NCBI GenBank assembly: GCA_937625935.1
Contig: OW569386.1
Coordinates: 248,001-312,000 of the forward strand
From: Tetramitus jugosus
Taxonomy: Eukaryota; Protista; Heterolobosea
Length of the DNA stretch: 64,000 nt
Direction: 5' to 3'
How positions within the stretch are numbered: position 1 is the first letter of the stretch; each line of letters begins with the position of its first letter. Below, piece after piece: positions 63,115 to 64,000 of this stretch. Position numbers and translations under genes: made by a program. The notes beneath the pieces were generated by a model. It did not search any database, had not been told where the DNA came from, and saw nothing but the letters and a program-made list of their open reading frames with translations.

Positions 63115-63921
63115 TTACAAGTTTCTCTGCAAGTCTGCCATCATTGCTTCGAGCTGCTGCTTAAGCAATTGAGCTTGCAGGAGCTGATCCTTTGGATTCG
63201 CAATGTTCTGGATGGCTGATTGAAGATTAAACATGGATGCAGCAATCTGTGGTTCCTCAGTTGATCTTGTCGGCTTCTTGGTTGCAGAGCCAAAGACTGT
63301 TCTCTTTCCACCAGTGCCTGGCAATCGATTACTGTTCGTTGTCTTCCTAGGCGTTTTACTCGTGTTGTTATTTGAGTGCAACGTCTGTAGAATTCTGCTT
63401 GTAATCTCCTGACCTGCAGCCTCACCATCCATCCGACACAAATTATCAATATCACTACCATAAACATTCTTAAACTCTTTCATTGTCATTTGTTTGAGCT
63501 TTGTTGGTAATTTAAACAATTGTACAGCGAGTTCTCTCTGAACACGAGCACAGCACTGTTCTCCCATTGTTTTCAGAGTCACACAACGAGTCTCTACTTC
63601 GTCATCGTACTGACGAATAATCAATTCCAATTTTTGCTTGTCAATATGGTTCAACGAACTAGAAACCGTGTTGGAGAACTTGGTGGAGCGAGAATGATTT
63701 CGCGGGGTAAAAAGTTGAGTACTCTGATCAGATTCACAGTCAGAGCTATCAGTAGTGGTGGTAGATGCGGTGCTGGATCTCTGACTTGTTCTCCTGCGCC
63801 TCCGTCTTGTTGTTGTCGATGACATGCTTTCTTTTCGGCTTACAACAGGAGTGGACACTTCCTCTTCTTCTTCCTCTTGTTGTTGAGTCGTTCTTCTTCT
63901 GGATGTTCGTACACGGGGCAT
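63115..63921 (-). CDS. Borealin/Nbl1-like chromosomal passenger subunit
   Basis: 'KLELIIRQYDDEVETRC...LFKLPTKLKQMTMKEF...YG' matches the Borealin N-terminal helix pattern; flanked by Ser/Thr/Arg-rich regions. Confidence 0.7.
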   Translation of the reverse strand: MPRVRTSRRRTTQQQEEEEEEVSTPVVSRKESMSSTTTRRRRRRTSQRSSTASTTTTDSSDCESDQSTQLFTPRNHSRSTKFSNTVSSSLNHIDKQKLELIIRQYDDEVETRCVTLKTMGEQCCARVQRELAVQLFKLPTKLKQMTMKEFKNVYGSDIDNLCRMDGEAAGQEITSRILQTLHSNNNTSKTPRKTTNSNRLPGTGGKRTVFGSATKKPTRSTEEPQIAASMFNLQSAIQNIANPKDQLLQAQLLKQQLEAMMADLQRNL

Positions 63922-64000
63922 TATGGTTTATTCGTCTTCTATTATGTATCTCGTGTGTTGTTGTTCGTCAATTCTTTACCGAGCTCAAAAATGAATAATT

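Overview
Gene-dense, intron-poor nuclear DNA from a microbial eukaryote. About 40 protein-coding genes have short spacers, CAA/AAC-rich leaders and a few short GT-AG introns, and there are three tRNA genes (Lys-CTT and two identical His-GTG). Cofilin, a flagellar outer-arm dynein light chain, a Cache-type transmembrane adenylate cyclase and Kelch/F-box genes suggest an amoeboflagellate such as a heterolobosean (inference only). Recognisable genes include ASPM-like, SAPS/PP6R, RBX1, Borealin-like, MCU, CorA, Fe-SOD, GST, beta-amylase, sialate O-acetylesterase, OYE, enoyl-CoA hydratase and mitochondrial carriers. The standout is a secreted polyprotein at 42759..44024 (-): signal peptide, a CX3C-X9-CX3C hairpin, ten near-identical amphipathic beta-hairpin cores separated by acidic spacers, and a terminal Gly-rich unit ending in a beta-signal-like ...YNIRF. 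It is built like a multi-core antimicrobial or pore-forming peptide precursor. Other oddities: a protein of about eight tandem ADF-H domains, a membrane-anchored lipoyl domain lacking its lysine, a trypsin-like protein apparently lacking the catalytic His, a head-to-head EEP/YqaJ nuclease pair, two genes with no in-frame ATG, and decayed non-LTR retrotransposon remnants. All family calls come from reading motifs by eye; no database search was run.
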